Assembly (NCBI GenBank): GCA_049297675.1
Contig: JBAQUS010000010.1
Coordinates: 6,781 to 70,780, forward strand
DNA from: Minisyncoccia bacterium
GTDB lineage: Bacteria > Patescibacteriota > Minisyncoccia > Phycocordibacterales > DATDWN01
Direction: 5' to 3'
Length of the DNA stretch: 64,000 nucleotides
Below the pieces are notes generated by a model that saw nothing but the letters and a program-made list of their open reading frames with translations, had not been told where the DNA came from and made no database searches. How positions within the stretch are numbered: the first letter of the stretch is position 1; each line of letters begins with the position of its first letter. Both the position numbers and the translations under genes were made by a program. Below are positions 45,165 through 55,468 of the stretch, one piece after another.

Positions 45165-45214
45165 AAATTTATAGAGAATGGACAATTTGTTGTTTTTTAG
45201 GATAATGTTATGTA

Positions 45215-46156
45215 ATGAATGAAGGCAATTCTCCCATAGTTCTAAGTATAGTTACTAAATGTGCGATTTGTGGAACTTTTGGTAATTCTAGGGAAATTTA
45301 TAAAGCTAGACTCCATGGAGAAAATTTAGATGAAAAGGCCTTTTCAGCTCGTCGTTTTTACAATGAAAAAATTCATTTTAGAATGGTAAAGTGTCTTACA
45401 TGCGGGCTACTGCGTTCTGATCCGATCATTGACCCAAAAATATATGATGAATTGTATCTTAGAAGTGAGTTTACATATATCGGGCTGGTAGAAAATCTCA
45501 AAAAAACTTACGGATATTATTTGAAAAAGGCTGAAAAATATGTACCATCCAAAAATTCTTTGCTTGAAATTGGATGTGGAAACGGATTCTTTCTTGAAGA
45601 GGCACTGGAGCAAGGGTATAAAAACGTCTCTGGGGTTGAACCAGGACGAGAGGCAATAGAGAAGGCAAGAGGGGATATAAAAAAACATATAAAGATGGAA
45701 ATGTTTACAAAAGATTCTTTACCTCCCAATTCCTTTGATTGTATATGCATTTTTCAGACGCTAGATCACTTACTTGATCCAGTAAAAATGCTGGAGGATG
45801 CTCTGGCTATTCTAAAACCCGGAGGAGTGTTGATTGCTATAAATCATAATCTCAATTCTTTAAGTAGCAAGATTCTTGGAGAAAAATCACCCATAATAGA
45901 TATAGAGCATACATATCTATATAATAAAAATACAATTAGAAAGTTATTTGAAAAAAGCGGATTTGAAGTTATAAAAATTTTCTTCCCTTACAGCAGGCAT
46001 TCTGTTGGTTATTTGTTTTCTCTTTTGCCTATACAACCTGTTGGATTAAAAAAAATGATTCACAGAATCTTAGATTTTCTCCGAGTTTCAGATGTTCCAC
46101 TTTTTGTACCGATAGGTAATCTTGGGATTGTTGCTAAAAAGAAAGTTAATTTTTAA
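45215..46156 (+). CDS. Class I SAM-dependent methyltransferase with N-terminal Zn-ribbon
   Basis: The Zn ribbon is CAICG...CLTCG. Motif I is LLEIGCGNGFFLEEALEQGYKNVSGVEPG. Confidence 0.75.
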   Translation: MNEGNSPIVLSIVTKCAICGTFGNSREIYKARLHGENLDEKAFSARRFYNEKIHFRMVKCLTCGLLRSDPIIDPKIYDELYLRSEFTYIGLVENLKKTYGYYLKKAEKYVPSKNSLLEIGCGNGFFLEEALEQGYKNVSGVEPGREAIEKARGDIKKHIKMEMFTKDSLPPNSFDCICIFQTLDHLLDPVKMLEDALAILKPGGVLIAINHNLNSLSSKILGEKSPIIDIEHTYLYNKNTIRKLFEKSGFEVIKIFFPYSRHSVGYLFSLLPIQPVGLKKMIHRILDFLRVSDVPLFVPIGNLGIVAKKKVNF

Positions 46157-46158
46157 AA

Positions 46159-48459
46159 ATGAGCAAGTTTTTCTTCTATATATTTATACCAGTACTAGTC
46201 ATCATAACCCCAATATTTTTTTTTGGGAAAGTTTTTTTATCAGGAGACACACTACATTATGTTTATCCTGCCGTTGAGTTTTTCCAGAATAACTATCTTT
46301 CTGGACTTAATCCAAATCTTTATTTAGGTTTTCCAGTAGCCTCTTCATTTCATTATGCTTTTTTTAATCCTGTATATTTATTAATTTTTGGCTTGTTTGA
46401 TTTTTTGACTGGCTTCAATTTAGTTTTAGCATTTGATATTTTTCTAGGAGCGCTGTTTTTCTATTTTTTTGCAAGAAATCTCTCATTTGATAAGGAGGAG
46501 TCTACATTGGCGAGCATCACATATATTTTCAGCCAGTTCAGCACATTCTGGTTTGCTTCACTTACTATTTCTAATGGGCTTTTTATTTTACCAGCTATTT
46601 GTTTTGTTGTTTGCAAAATTACGACTGGAAAAAGGTGGTATTTCTTACTTTTGTCGGTCATATTGGGATACGCTTTTTTAAGCTCACACACTCAGTTTAT
46701 TGTTATGGCATTTGTAGGAGGGGCGGTTTTTCTCCTCTATCGCATCTGGGAAATGTATGACAGCAACATATCAATTTTTAAAAATTTTACACCAATATTT
46801 TTATATTTTCTTGGATTAGTCGGTGGGGTGATTTTGGGTGCACCGCAAATTTTAAATATTCTTAGGTTTTTCAAATACATTACTCGTTCAGACTTTATTA
46901 CGTTCGATTATATTAAGATTCTGGATCCCTTAAAGTACTTATTGCCTAGCTTTAATGTATACAAGCTTACTAGTCAGGAGTTTCTGCCTTACGTAGGACT
47001 GATCCCTTTGTTTTTGATTCTATATGCCGTAATATACAAAGTTCGTACTGACAAGAAAATATTTTTCTATTCAGCGTCGTTCGTTCTTTTTTTCAGTCTA
47101 ATGATCAAATATTCACCAACTGCTTATGTCTTAAAACATCTACCGGTTTTTCAGTATTTTTCTCAACCAGTTAGGTGGCTATATGTCGGTAATTTGTTTC
47201 TAGCACTTCTTTCCGGGGTAGGTTTGAGATTATTGAGAGAAAACAAAGAATCTGAATTTTTCAAAACTGCTTTAAAGTATTATAAGAAGACATTAATTCT
47301 AGTAGTTTTTCTATTTATCTTGTTGAACGCTTTAGGGTACTTCTTTGGGACCTATTTTGTCAGTAAAGTTCAGAATTATTTTGATCTGCACTTGTATGCC
47401 AAAACCTCACAGCTTTCAACAGACTATTATCATAATATTATTAAAGTTCTTGTTGACGGTATTATATATAATTTTAGCTTTACTAACCCTAATGTGCTTC
47501 TGTTTTTCTCAGTAGTTGTTTCGTTTTATATATTACTTAAGTATTTTCGAAATAGTCGATTTTTTGTAAATAACATCTTAATTCTGGTAATTTTTAATCT
47601 ATTAGGGTCGTTTTTTATAAATACTAAATTTACTGATAAAAATCAAGTATTAAATAAACCAGACTTTGTGAAATTTATACAAGATAAAGAAAAAGACACA
47701 AATTCTTTTAGAGTTTTCAGTTATGCTATTCCTGATGCTCAATATAAAAAAATTGCGGCCATATATCCAAATGAATCACTTGAGATTGAGAAGTTTGCTA
47801 TCGAGGGTATTATTGGAAACACAAACGACTTAGCATTAGTTGGGGGACTGGAGCCAAATGGAGATAAAAAAGTCCAACAAATTATATATTTTTATTTAAA
47901 TCAAAAGGAGGATAATTTTGATAAAAAAATTCCTATACTTTCAGCCATTAACACAAAATATATTGTTACTCCCTATATATTAAATTCCAAAGGTCTATCT
48001 TTAGCCACAAGTACTTCGGTAACCAAATTTAATGTTCCACTTTACTTGTATGAAAATAAGAATGCTTTACCAAGAGTCTATTTATCAAAAAAAGTTACTT
48101 ATCTTAATGAGGGTGAAGATAAAAAAAACCTAAGTCTTGTTTTAGACGATAAAAATGATTTTTCTAAAATTACTTTTATTGAATGTGACACTTGCAGTGA
48201 CTATGTCTTAAGTCAGGTTAGTACAGACTCAGCCTCTGTTTTAGAATATAATAATGAGTATATTAGAATTAGTGTTAAAAGCAGATTAGGTGGCTGGGTT
48301 GTTATTGGAAATGCAAATGTGCTTGGCTGGACAGCCAGTGTTGATGGCGTTGATACTAAGATATATCCTGCGAACTACATATTACAAGGAGTTTATCTAA
48401 GCGGAGGAGAACGTCTTTTGGAGTTATCTCATAAAACTATTTGGTATCCATCCATATGA
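46159..48459 (+). CDS. YfhO-like GT-C family membrane glycosyltransferase
   Basis: 766 aa and polytopic. The N-terminal region FFGKVFLSGDTLHYVYPAVEFFQNNYLSGLNPNLYLGFPVASSF matches the YfhO pattern (f.g.d...Q..P......l..G..P.W...G.P). Confidence 0.55.
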   Translation: MSKFFFYIFIPVLVIITPIFFFGKVFLSGDTLHYVYPAVEFFQNNYLSGLNPNLYLGFPVASSFHYAFFNPVYLLIFGLFDFLTGFNLVLAFDIFLGALFFYFFARNLSFDKEESTLASITYIFSQFSTFWFASLTISNGLFILPAICFVVCKITTGKRWYFLLLSVILGYAFLSSHTQFIVMAFVGGAVFLLYRIWEMYDSNISIFKNFTPIFLYFLGLVGGVILGAPQILNILRFFKYITRSDFITFDYIKILDPLKYLLPSFNVYKLTSQEFLPYVGLIPLFLILYAVIYKVRTDKKIFFYSASFVLFFSLMIKYSPTAYVLKHLPVFQYFSQPVRWLYVGNLFLALLSGVGLRLLRENKESEFFKTALKYYKKTLILVVFLFILLNALGYFFGTYFVSKVQNYFDLHLYAKTSQLSTDYYHNIIKVLVDGIIYNFSFTNPNVLLFFSVVVSFYILLKYFRNSRFFVNNILILVIFNLLGSFFINTKFTDKNQVLNKPDFVKFIQDKEKDTNSFRVFSYAIPDAQYKKIAAIYPNESLEIEKFAIEGIIGNTNDLALVGGLEPNGDKKVQQIIYFYLNQKEDNFDKKIPILSAINTKYIVTPYILNSKGLSLATSTSVTKFNVPLYLYENKNALPRVYLSKKVTYLNEGEDKKNLSLVLDDKNDFSKITFIECDTCSDYVLSQVSTDSASVLEYNNEYIRISVKSRLGGWVVIGNANVLGWTASVDGVDTKIYPANYILQGVYLSGGERLLELSHKTIWYPSI

Positions 48460-49529
48460 AAGTATTAGTAATTACTAAAACAGTAAAAAAAGATTCTGGT
48501 TGGGGACGGTATTCTAGCTCAGTTGTAGAGGAGTACAAGAATTTTGGTATTGATTATAGAGTTATAACAGAAGGGGAAGAGTTATTGCCCTTAAATTCCT
48601 TTTTTTTATTTATAAAAAATTGCCTAGGAGTTAGAAGGATTTCCAAAGAGTTTGATATTGTTCATGCCTTTGATGGTTGGCCGTATGGTGTTTATGCGTG
48701 GTTTTCAACAATAGGTACAAATAAGAAATTATTTATAAACGCCATCGGTACTTACTCTGTGGCACCACTGAATGATCTTTTCAAAGGTCTATTATTGAAG
48801 ATTGCATATAAAAATTCTAACGCGGTGTTCGCTATAAGTAATTTTTTGAAAGAAAAGATTTTGTCACTGGTTAGTCTTAAAAATATACATACAGTTTATT
48901 TGGCTTCATCGGATTTTCCTCATCTATCACAACTGGAAATAGATGGATATAAATCTCGTTTTGGTATTTCAGGAGTGAGCCCGATTATATTAACGGTCGG
49001 TGAGATAAAGGATAGAAAGGGTCAGTACGAAGTGGTGGAGGCAATTGAGATTTTAAAAAATAAATATCCCAATATACTGTATATTATGGTTGGTTCGATC
49101 GAGAGAAATAAAGGTTATACAGGAGAGATAAATAATTTTATTCTAAAAAAATCGCTTCAGAAAAACATAAAGATAGTTTCTGATGCAAAAAACGATTCAG
49201 ATCTGGTATTTTTCTACAATATAGCGGATGTGTTTGTGCTCAATGCCAAGAAAAATGATAGACACTTTGAGGGATTTGGTATTGTCATGCTTGAAGCCGC
49301 AAGTTTTGGAAAGGCAGTAATTGGTGTATCTGGTACTGCACTTGAAGAAACCATGAAAGATGGATTAAACGGCTTACTAATAAGAGACCAGAGCAAAGAG
49401 GGTATAAGTGAAACAATGAAAAAAGTTCTAGTGAATAAAGACAAATATGCTTCCAACTCTATTAATTTTAGAAATAACTTTTCTTGGAAGAAAACAGCTT
49501 CTGAGTATGTTAAGTATTATGAAAAATAA
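48456..49529 (+). CDS. Glycosyltransferase family 1 (GT4-type)
   Basis: Carries the signature EGFGIVMLEAASFGKAVIGVSGTALEETMKDGLNGLL. The start was moved to the ATG at 48456, which overlaps the upstream stop (ATGA). Confidence 0.8.
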   Translation: MKVLVITKTVKKDSGWGRYSSSVVEEYKNFGIDYRVITEGEELLPLNSFFLFIKNCLGVRRISKEFDIVHAFDGWPYGVYAWFSTIGTNKKLFINAIGTYSVAPLNDLFKGLLLKIAYKNSNAVFAISNFLKEKILSLVSLKNIHTVYLASSDFPHLSQLEIDGYKSRFGISGVSPIILTVGEIKDRKGQYEVVEAIEILKNKYPNILYIMVGSIERNKGYTGEINNFILKKSLQKNIKIVSDAKNDSDLVFFYNIADVFVLNAKKNDRHFEGFGIVMLEAASFGKAVIGVSGTALEETMKDGLNGLLIRDQSKEGISETMKKVLVNKDKYASNSINFRNNFSWKKTASEYVKYYEK

Positions 49530-50994
49530 TTTATACAAACACATAGATCATCTATCTTTTTTTATGGATAACAGAGAGAGAAAGTTATACATTTTTACTA
49601 TAGCAATTAGGGTAGTGTTTTTGATATTTGTGCTTTTTAGTTTTGGAGACAGGGGTTTAGTTATGATGGGGGATTCACCAGACTATCTTGTTCTTGCTCA
49701 AAAAATTGTTACAACTAATTCTATGATATCTGGAGGAGAAGGTTACGAGGATATATATGAAACAACAAGACTCCCAGGATTTCCTCTATTTTTGAGTGTT
49801 TTAGTTTTTTTCCAAATTCCTTTTTTTATTGGATCGTTAGTCCAGATACTTATTACTTCCTCCATTCCAATAATCATAATGCGTTTGGGTAAATATTGCG
49901 GACTCGACGGAAAAATAACTTTTCTAACAGGAATATTGTGTGCTTTTGAGCCTTCTGGAATAGTTTATGGCACTATGCTTTTACCAGATGCTTTCAATGC
50001 TTGGATGTTTATAGTTGCATTTTCTTATTTAGTCTATTTTATTAAGGAGACTAATTCTAAGTATCTTTATGCTTCAGCAGTTTTGTTTTCTATAATGAAT
50101 TATATACGTCCCTCAGGTTTGTTTTTAGGCATTATTCTTCCAGTTTGTCTGGTGTTGTATTCTCTTTTCCTTGAACGAGAGAAATTTAAGTCATACTTAA
50201 AAAATGCAATTGTTTTCGGGTTTATATTTTTTGCTATTCTTCTACCATGGATGACTCGTAACTATATACATTATAGGGTGTTCAGTTTTGCCTCTGGGAT
50301 AGAAAGACAAATTTATGAAATTACTGCCGTGGGAGTAAGAGCCTCATTTGAAAAGGTGTCTCAGGCGGAAATGCTTCAGAAAATGAGAGGAGAAATACTT
50401 CCTAAGCTTATTGAAAAAAGAGATCTTGCCAATTTCAGAAATAATGGAATATTACTTTCTCCAGCTTTAGATATAATTATTTCACACCCAGTCCAATACT
50501 TAAAACTCTACGTAATGTCTCTAGTTACTTTTTTTGCTTCTGGGAATTATCACTATATTGGTTCAGTTTTTCACCTGTTTGACAATTCAGAGATTTCAAC
50601 ATCTTACACAATGATTTATGCAACACAGGGAATTATACCAATGATAAAAGCTTTGTTTATGAGTGTTATGCGTCCCTACGGTGCCACAATCATATTTGGT
50701 AGGATATTGTGGGTGTTACTAGCGGTATTTACTATTATCGGGATGTTTATAGAAAGAAAAAATAAAGAAATTAGACCAATCACTATCTTTTTTTTATGTA
50801 TATGTATTTATATGGTCATCGTCATTTCTCATATAACTGTCGGTATTGAAGCGCGTCATCGTCTGTTTATTAATCCTTTTTATTATTTATTTACCGCTAT
50901 TTCCGTTCATGCTATGATTGCTCTATTAAAAAAATCTAAATATGTCAAAGCTATTTCCCAACAAAAAGATAGTAGTGGTACTTCCGGCGTATAA
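49519..50994 (+). CDS. GT-C fold membrane glycosyltransferase (PMT/ArnT GT39/GT83-like)
   Basis: Polytopic. The first loop ETTRLPGFPLFLS resembles the RLPsal motif of the PMT/ArnT family. The start is uncertain (ATG 49507 or 49519; the track gives 49447). Confidence 0.5.
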   Translation: MKNNLYKHIDHLSFFMDNRERKLYIFTIAIRVVFLIFVLFSFGDRGLVMMGDSPDYLVLAQKIVTTNSMISGGEGYEDIYETTRLPGFPLFLSVLVFFQIPFFIGSLVQILITSSIPIIIMRLGKYCGLDGKITFLTGILCAFEPSGIVYGTMLLPDAFNAWMFIVAFSYLVYFIKETNSKYLYASAVLFSIMNYIRPSGLFLGIILPVCLVLYSLFLEREKFKSYLKNAIVFGFIFFAILLPWMTRNYIHYRVFSFASGIERQIYEITAVGVRASFEKVSQAEMLQKMRGEILPKLIEKRDLANFRNNGILLSPALDIIISHPVQYLKLYVMSLVTFFASGNYHYIGSVFHLFDNSEISTSYTMIYATQGIIPMIKALFMSVMRPYGATIIFGRILWVLLAVFTIIGMFIERKNKEIRPITIFFLCICIYMVIVISHITVGIEARHRLFINPFYYLFTAISVHAMIALLKKSKYVKAISQQKDSSGTSGV

Positions 50995-52567
50995 TGCAGA
51001 AAAGACTCTCAAAAAGACTTTTGACACAATACCTAAGGATTATATTGACGACATAATATTGGTTGACGATTGTTCTAAAGATAATACAGTTTCGTATTCT
51101 CGATCACTTGGGATCAAGACTTTTAGACATGATATAAATCTTGGTTATGGAGGCAATCAGAAAACATGTTACAGAGAAGCAATAAAGCTTGGAGCAGATA
51201 TAGTCGTTATGGTTCATCCAGATTTTCAGTATAATCCGGTTTATATTCCAGATATGATTAAACCGATTGCAGAAGGTAAAGCCGAAGCTGTTTTCGGTTC
51301 AAGAATGATTATAAAAGGTGGGGCAAGAAAAGGAGGTATGCCACTATGGAAGTATATAGCTAATATAACTCTTACAAAGATTGCAAATTTATTTTTGTGG
51401 CTAAACTTGAGTGAATATCATTCTGGTTTTAGGGCTTATAGTAAAAAAGCTCTAGAGACGATGCCTATTCAAACAAACTCAAACAATTTTGTTTTTGATG
51501 CTCAAATTATCGCCCAATTAAAGCAATTCAATTTAAATATCGCAGAAGTTCCTATTACCACGAAATATTTCCCAGGTGCCTCAATGATAGGTTTTTGGAA
51601 GAGTGTTGAGTACGGAATATCTATTCTTCTGGTACTTTCATTATATATTCTTCACAATATAGGATTAAGAAAATATAGAATTCTGTTGCCACCCGTTAAA
51701 TCTAAGTGTAGAATTTGTGATTCTGAGACAGCCCAGCTGATTTATAAAGAAAGCGAAGATTGGAACAATTCAAATAACAAGTTCAAATCCTATCGCATAA
51801 CTGACAGTATTCGATCGCATGGAAAGATTTTGAAATGTGTAAAGTGTGATTTAATTTATGTATCAGTTGATTCATCTCCTGATGTAGCAAAAATATATTC
51901 TGAGCAAGTAATTGATGATGAATATATAAAGGAAGAATTTGGCAGAAGAAAGCAATATAAAAAAATTGTTTCATTTTTAAAAAGCATTGGTTCATTTGGT
52001 GAGTTGGTCGATATAGGTTCTGGTCCAGGTTTCTTTTTAGATGAAGCTAAAAAAGCTGGGTTTAAGGTCTCCGGAATTGAGTCCGGGAAAGTTTGGGTAA
52101 ATTATGCTAAGGAAAAATTAAGACTAACCCAAGTCAGTCTAGGTAGTTTCGAAGATTTAACAAAATACCCAGATAATTATTTTTCTGTTATTACGGCGTG
52201 GGATGTTATTGAACATGTTGATTCGCCCAAGTTTTTTATGGAATTAATACACAAGAAATTAAAAGTTGGAGGAATTTTTGCACTATCAACCCCGATTATT
52301 GATAGTTTAGCATCACGTGTTTTAGGAGAGAGGTGGCATGCTGTTATTCCTTCTCACTTGACTTACTTTACCAGGAGCACATTACTCAATAATCTAAAGG
52401 ATGTCGGATTTGTTGTAAAGAGAACAAAGTTTTACACTAGATTTTTTTCTTTGCAATATTTATTCAACCGATTATTTAAAAAGACCAAGGACAGTTTTAT
52501 GAGAAAAATTGTGGTTCCAGTATCCCTGTTTGATGAAATAGAATTATATGTTATAAAAAAACATTAA
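50942..52567 (+). CDS. Bifunctional GT2 glycosyltransferase fused to C-terminal Zn-ribbon class I SAM methyltransferase
   Basis: The N-terminal half reads VVLPAYNAEKTL...VDDCSKDNT...VHPD (GT2). A C-terminal TM segment follows. Then come CRICDSE...CVKCDL (Zn ribbon) and LVDIGSGPGFFLDEAKKAGFKVSGIESG (SAM motif I). Confidence 0.7.
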   Translation: MSKLFPNKKIVVVLPAYNAEKTLKKTFDTIPKDYIDDIILVDDCSKDNTVSYSRSLGIKTFRHDINLGYGGNQKTCYREAIKLGADIVVMVHPDFQYNPVYIPDMIKPIAEGKAEAVFGSRMIIKGGARKGGMPLWKYIANITLTKIANLFLWLNLSEYHSGFRAYSKKALETMPIQTNSNNFVFDAQIIAQLKQFNLNIAEVPITTKYFPGASMIGFWKSVEYGISILLVLSLYILHNIGLRKYRILLPPVKSKCRICDSETAQLIYKESEDWNNSNNKFKSYRITDSIRSHGKILKCVKCDLIYVSVDSSPDVAKIYSEQVIDDEYIKEEFGRRKQYKKIVSFLKSIGSFGELVDIGSGPGFFLDEAKKAGFKVSGIESGKVWVNYAKEKLRLTQVSLGSFEDLTKYPDNYFSVITAWDVIEHVDSPKFFMELIHKKLKVGGIFALSTPIIDSLASRVLGERWHAVIPSHLTYFTRSTLLNNLKDVGFVVKRTKFYTRFFSLQYLFNRLFKKTKDSFMRKIVVPVSLFDEIELYVIKKH

Positions 52568-52749
52568 AACTTAAGTTTAATTTGCAAACTAGATGTGTTA
52601 GAGTTAGAAGTTCTAGTTTCATATTTCGACTGGATTCAATCTAGTGTTTTTGTCAGTATTAATTCTACCACTGGAGATGTGGACAGGAGGTATATATAGT
52701 GTATACTCGTGAAATTAATATAGATTAATATTAAATATCCACTAAAATT

Positions 52750-54213
52750 ATGAAAAAAATAACCAGCTTATTAACATCATTATTTTTATCAATCTTACTT
52801 CTTTTCCCAATAAATAGTGCAAATGCATTTATCTCTGATTGTAGCGGGGGTAGCGTAACTCATGCTGGAGGAAAAACTATACATACTTTTAATTCAAGCG
52901 ATATATTAGATTGTACTGGAACAAGTGGTGGGGCAGTTGATTATCTAATTGTTGGAGGGGGTGGGGGAGGATCTTATCAAGATAGTGGTGCCGGCGGAGG
53001 TGCCGGCGGAGTATTGGTGGGTAATGATTACGTATTAAATGCACAATCTTATTCAGTTGTTGTGGGTGGTGGGGGTGCTATATTTTCAAAAGGAAACGAC
53101 TCTGTCTTTGATGGAATGACTGCTTACGGAGGGGGTACTCCAGTTACAGGTGGTACTGGCGACGCTATTGGTGGTTCTGGAGCTGGTGGGGGTGGCGGTG
53201 ATATTCCTGGTGCAGGAATATCTGGTCAGGGACATTCAGGTGGTTATGGACACACTGGTAGTGGCGGTGCGTGTTCTGGTGATCCCTATTCTACTGGTGG
53301 AGGTGGTGGGGCAAGTTCGATTGGGGTTGCAGGGACATCTTCTGGTTCAGGTAATGGTGGCGATGGTATAATGAGTTCAATATCTGGATCAAATTCATAT
53401 TATGGCGGAGGAGGTGGCGGAGGAGCTGAAATTTTTAGGCAATGTAGCGGGGGAAATGGGACAGGTGGTTTGGGTGGTGGCGGTAATGGTGGAACTGCTC
53501 CAAATGGTGACACAGGTTCGACTGCAGGAAGCGTAAATACAGGTGGAGGTGGTGGGAATTTTCGTTCAGGAGGTTCAGGTGTAGTAATAATAAGTTATCC
53601 TTCACTTCCAACAATAATAGGCTTGGGTGTAACAAATAGATTAGCAAAGTTCTCAACGACTAATACTATAGCTAGTTCTCTCTTCTCTGATGATGGATTA
53701 AACATCACTCTAACTTCTGGAAATTTATTTATCTCAGGAGGATCATTATTTACACAATTTATTAATATACTAGCAGATGGTCTAGGTTTAGATACAAGTA
53801 CAGCAGGACTTCTTTCCATCGGCTCTACTACTGCGACTTCAATTAATATAGGCAGATCAGGTGTAACCACAACGATACTTGGGAAGACAAAATTATCAAA
53901 TATTGGCACAATCTCAAATTGTAACTCCGTAGCTTCTCCAGCGGTATGTGGATCTGCACCGTCAGGTAGTGTTACAATGTCTAAAGGTGGCAGTACTTTA
54001 ATAGTGAATACAACATCTGTAACTCCTGATAGCCAGATATTTATCATTGAAGACTCATCACTTGGTGTAAGATTGGGAATTACCTGTAACACCGCTACAA
54101 ATCGTACTTATACAATAAGTGCAAGAGTACCTAGTACAAGCTTTACAATAAAATCAAGTAACAATGTGAATGGTGCAAACAATGCATGTCTAAGTTACTT
54201 TATTGTGAATTAA
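52750..54213 (+). CDS. Secreted glycine-rich domain protein (Gly_rich-like) with conserved C-terminal Ser/Thr-rich domain; paralog B
   Basis: A signal peptide (MKKITSLLTSLFLSILLLFPINSANA) is followed by VDYLIVGGGGGGS, GGxGG tracts and GSGVVIISY. The C-terminal domain is shared with the paralog at 24231..25712 and ends CLSYFIVN. Confidence 0.75.
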   Translation: MKKITSLLTSLFLSILLLFPINSANAFISDCSGGSVTHAGGKTIHTFNSSDILDCTGTSGGAVDYLIVGGGGGGSYQDSGAGGGAGGVLVGNDYVLNAQSYSVVVGGGGAIFSKGNDSVFDGMTAYGGGTPVTGGTGDAIGGSGAGGGGGDIPGAGISGQGHSGGYGHTGSGGACSGDPYSTGGGGGASSIGVAGTSSGSGNGGDGIMSSISGSNSYYGGGGGGGAEIFRQCSGGNGTGGLGGGGNGGTAPNGDTGSTAGSVNTGGGGGNFRSGGSGVVIISYPSLPTIIGLGVTNRLAKFSTTNTIASSLFSDDGLNITLTSGNLFISGGSLFTQFINILADGLGLDTSTAGLLSIGSTTATSINIGRSGVTTTILGKTKLSNIGTISNCNSVASPAVCGSAPSGSVTMSKGGSTLIVNTTSVTPDSQIFIIEDSSLGVRLGITCNTATNRTYTISARVPSTSFTIKSSNNVNGANNACLSYFIVN

Positions 54214-54222
54214 TAGTTATTA

Positions 54223-55458
54223 ATGAAAATTGTTATTTTATCAGATGGTTTTCCTCCACTTGCCTTGGGTGGCGCGGAAGTCATTGCTAGAAATTTAGCA
54301 AAGGCTTTAGCGGAAAGAGGTCATGAGGTTTCGGTTATAACTTCTACAAAAGATATAAATGATGCAGGAAAGTTTACGGACGGAAAAATAAATATATACA
54401 AAATATATAGTGATTATTCTGATAGGTGGAGAGCTTACAGGAGTTTGTACAATTCAGGGGTTGTTCATAAGGTAGAGTCGATTTTGTCAAAAATAAAACC
54501 TGATATTGTTCATATTCATAATATTCATAAGCATCTGTCATATGCTTGCATTAATGTGGCAAAAAAATACTCGAGAGGGATTGTATTGACTGCACATGAT
54601 CTTATGCTTGTACATTACGGGAAATTAGGTGCACATGTAGGCAAAAACAATGAGGTTGAAGTGGACAAAATAAGTTTTTTGAGTCAAATAATGCAATACA
54701 AATTTAGATATAATCCATTTAGGAATTTTGTAATACGGTACTATCTTCGCAAAGTAGATAAGATTTTTGCTGTTAGTAGTGCATTGAAGAATATCTTAGA
54801 AAGAGAGGGTATCTCCGGAATAGAAGTTTTACATAACGGTATTAAGGTTTCGGATTGGATTATTGATAAAAGTAAATTAATTGATTTTAAAAATAAATAC
54901 GAACTCTCTGACAAAAAAGTTCTTTTTTTTGGTGGTCGTTTAACTGGGATAAAAGGGGGTATCGTTGCACTTCAAGTATTGGAAAAAGTGTTATCAAAAA
55001 TCGATAATGCAGTTTTGATTGTTGTAGGTCACAAGGATGATTGGGGGAAAGAGATGTTGGAGAAAACAAAAGATATGAGAATAGATAGAAAAGTCATCTT
55101 TACAGGGTGGATTCCCCATGAAGATATCCGTTATGCTTACGCTTCTTCGGATGTGGTGCTAGTTTTATCTAGGTATCTAGATCCATTTCCTACAATAAAT
55201 CTTGAGGCTATGGCTACAAGCAAAGCTGTAGTTGGTACAATTTTAGGTGGTACTCCAGAGGCAGTATTAGATAACAAGACAGGGTATATAGTTGATCCAA
55301 ATAATATTGAGTTGGTAAGTGAAAAAGTGTTAGATTTGCTGAGTGACATTGATAAATTAAAATCATTTGGACTTTCAGGTTTCAAGAGAGTTTCAAATAT
55401 TAATAACGAAGAGATTTGGGTAGATAAAACTATTTTATGCTATACTTCAGTACTTTAG
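54223..55458 (+). CDS. Glycosyltransferase family 1 (GT4-type)
   Basis: The N-terminus is MKIVILSDGFPPLALGGAEVIARNLAKALAERGHEV. The C-terminal region carries the GT1 E..A...PVV-type motif. Confidence 0.75.
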   Translation: MKIVILSDGFPPLALGGAEVIARNLAKALAERGHEVSVITSTKDINDAGKFTDGKINIYKIYSDYSDRWRAYRSLYNSGVVHKVESILSKIKPDIVHIHNIHKHLSYACINVAKKYSRGIVLTAHDLMLVHYGKLGAHVGKNNEVEVDKISFLSQIMQYKFRYNPFRNFVIRYYLRKVDKIFAVSSALKNILEREGISGIEVLHNGIKVSDWIIDKSKLIDFKNKYELSDKKVLFFGGRLTGIKGGIVALQVLEKVLSKIDNAVLIVVGHKDDWGKEMLEKTKDMRIDRKVIFTGWIPHEDIRYAYASSDVVLVLSRYLDPFPTINLEAMATSKAVVGTILGGTPEAVLDNKTGYIVDPNNIELVSEKVLDLLSDIDKLKSFGLSGFKRVSNINNEEIWVDKTILCYTSVL

Positions 55459-55468
55459 AGTAAATCTC

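Noticed and set aside
44174-45185. Long ORFs on the opposite strand and alternate frames (44174..44578 -, 44628..45185 -, 44879..45166 +) across the G+C-rich islet
   Set aside because: High-G+C sequence suppresses stop codons in all frames. These ORFs overlap the SemiSWEET and NUDIX genes, which do carry recognisable motifs. They have no start context or motifs of their own.
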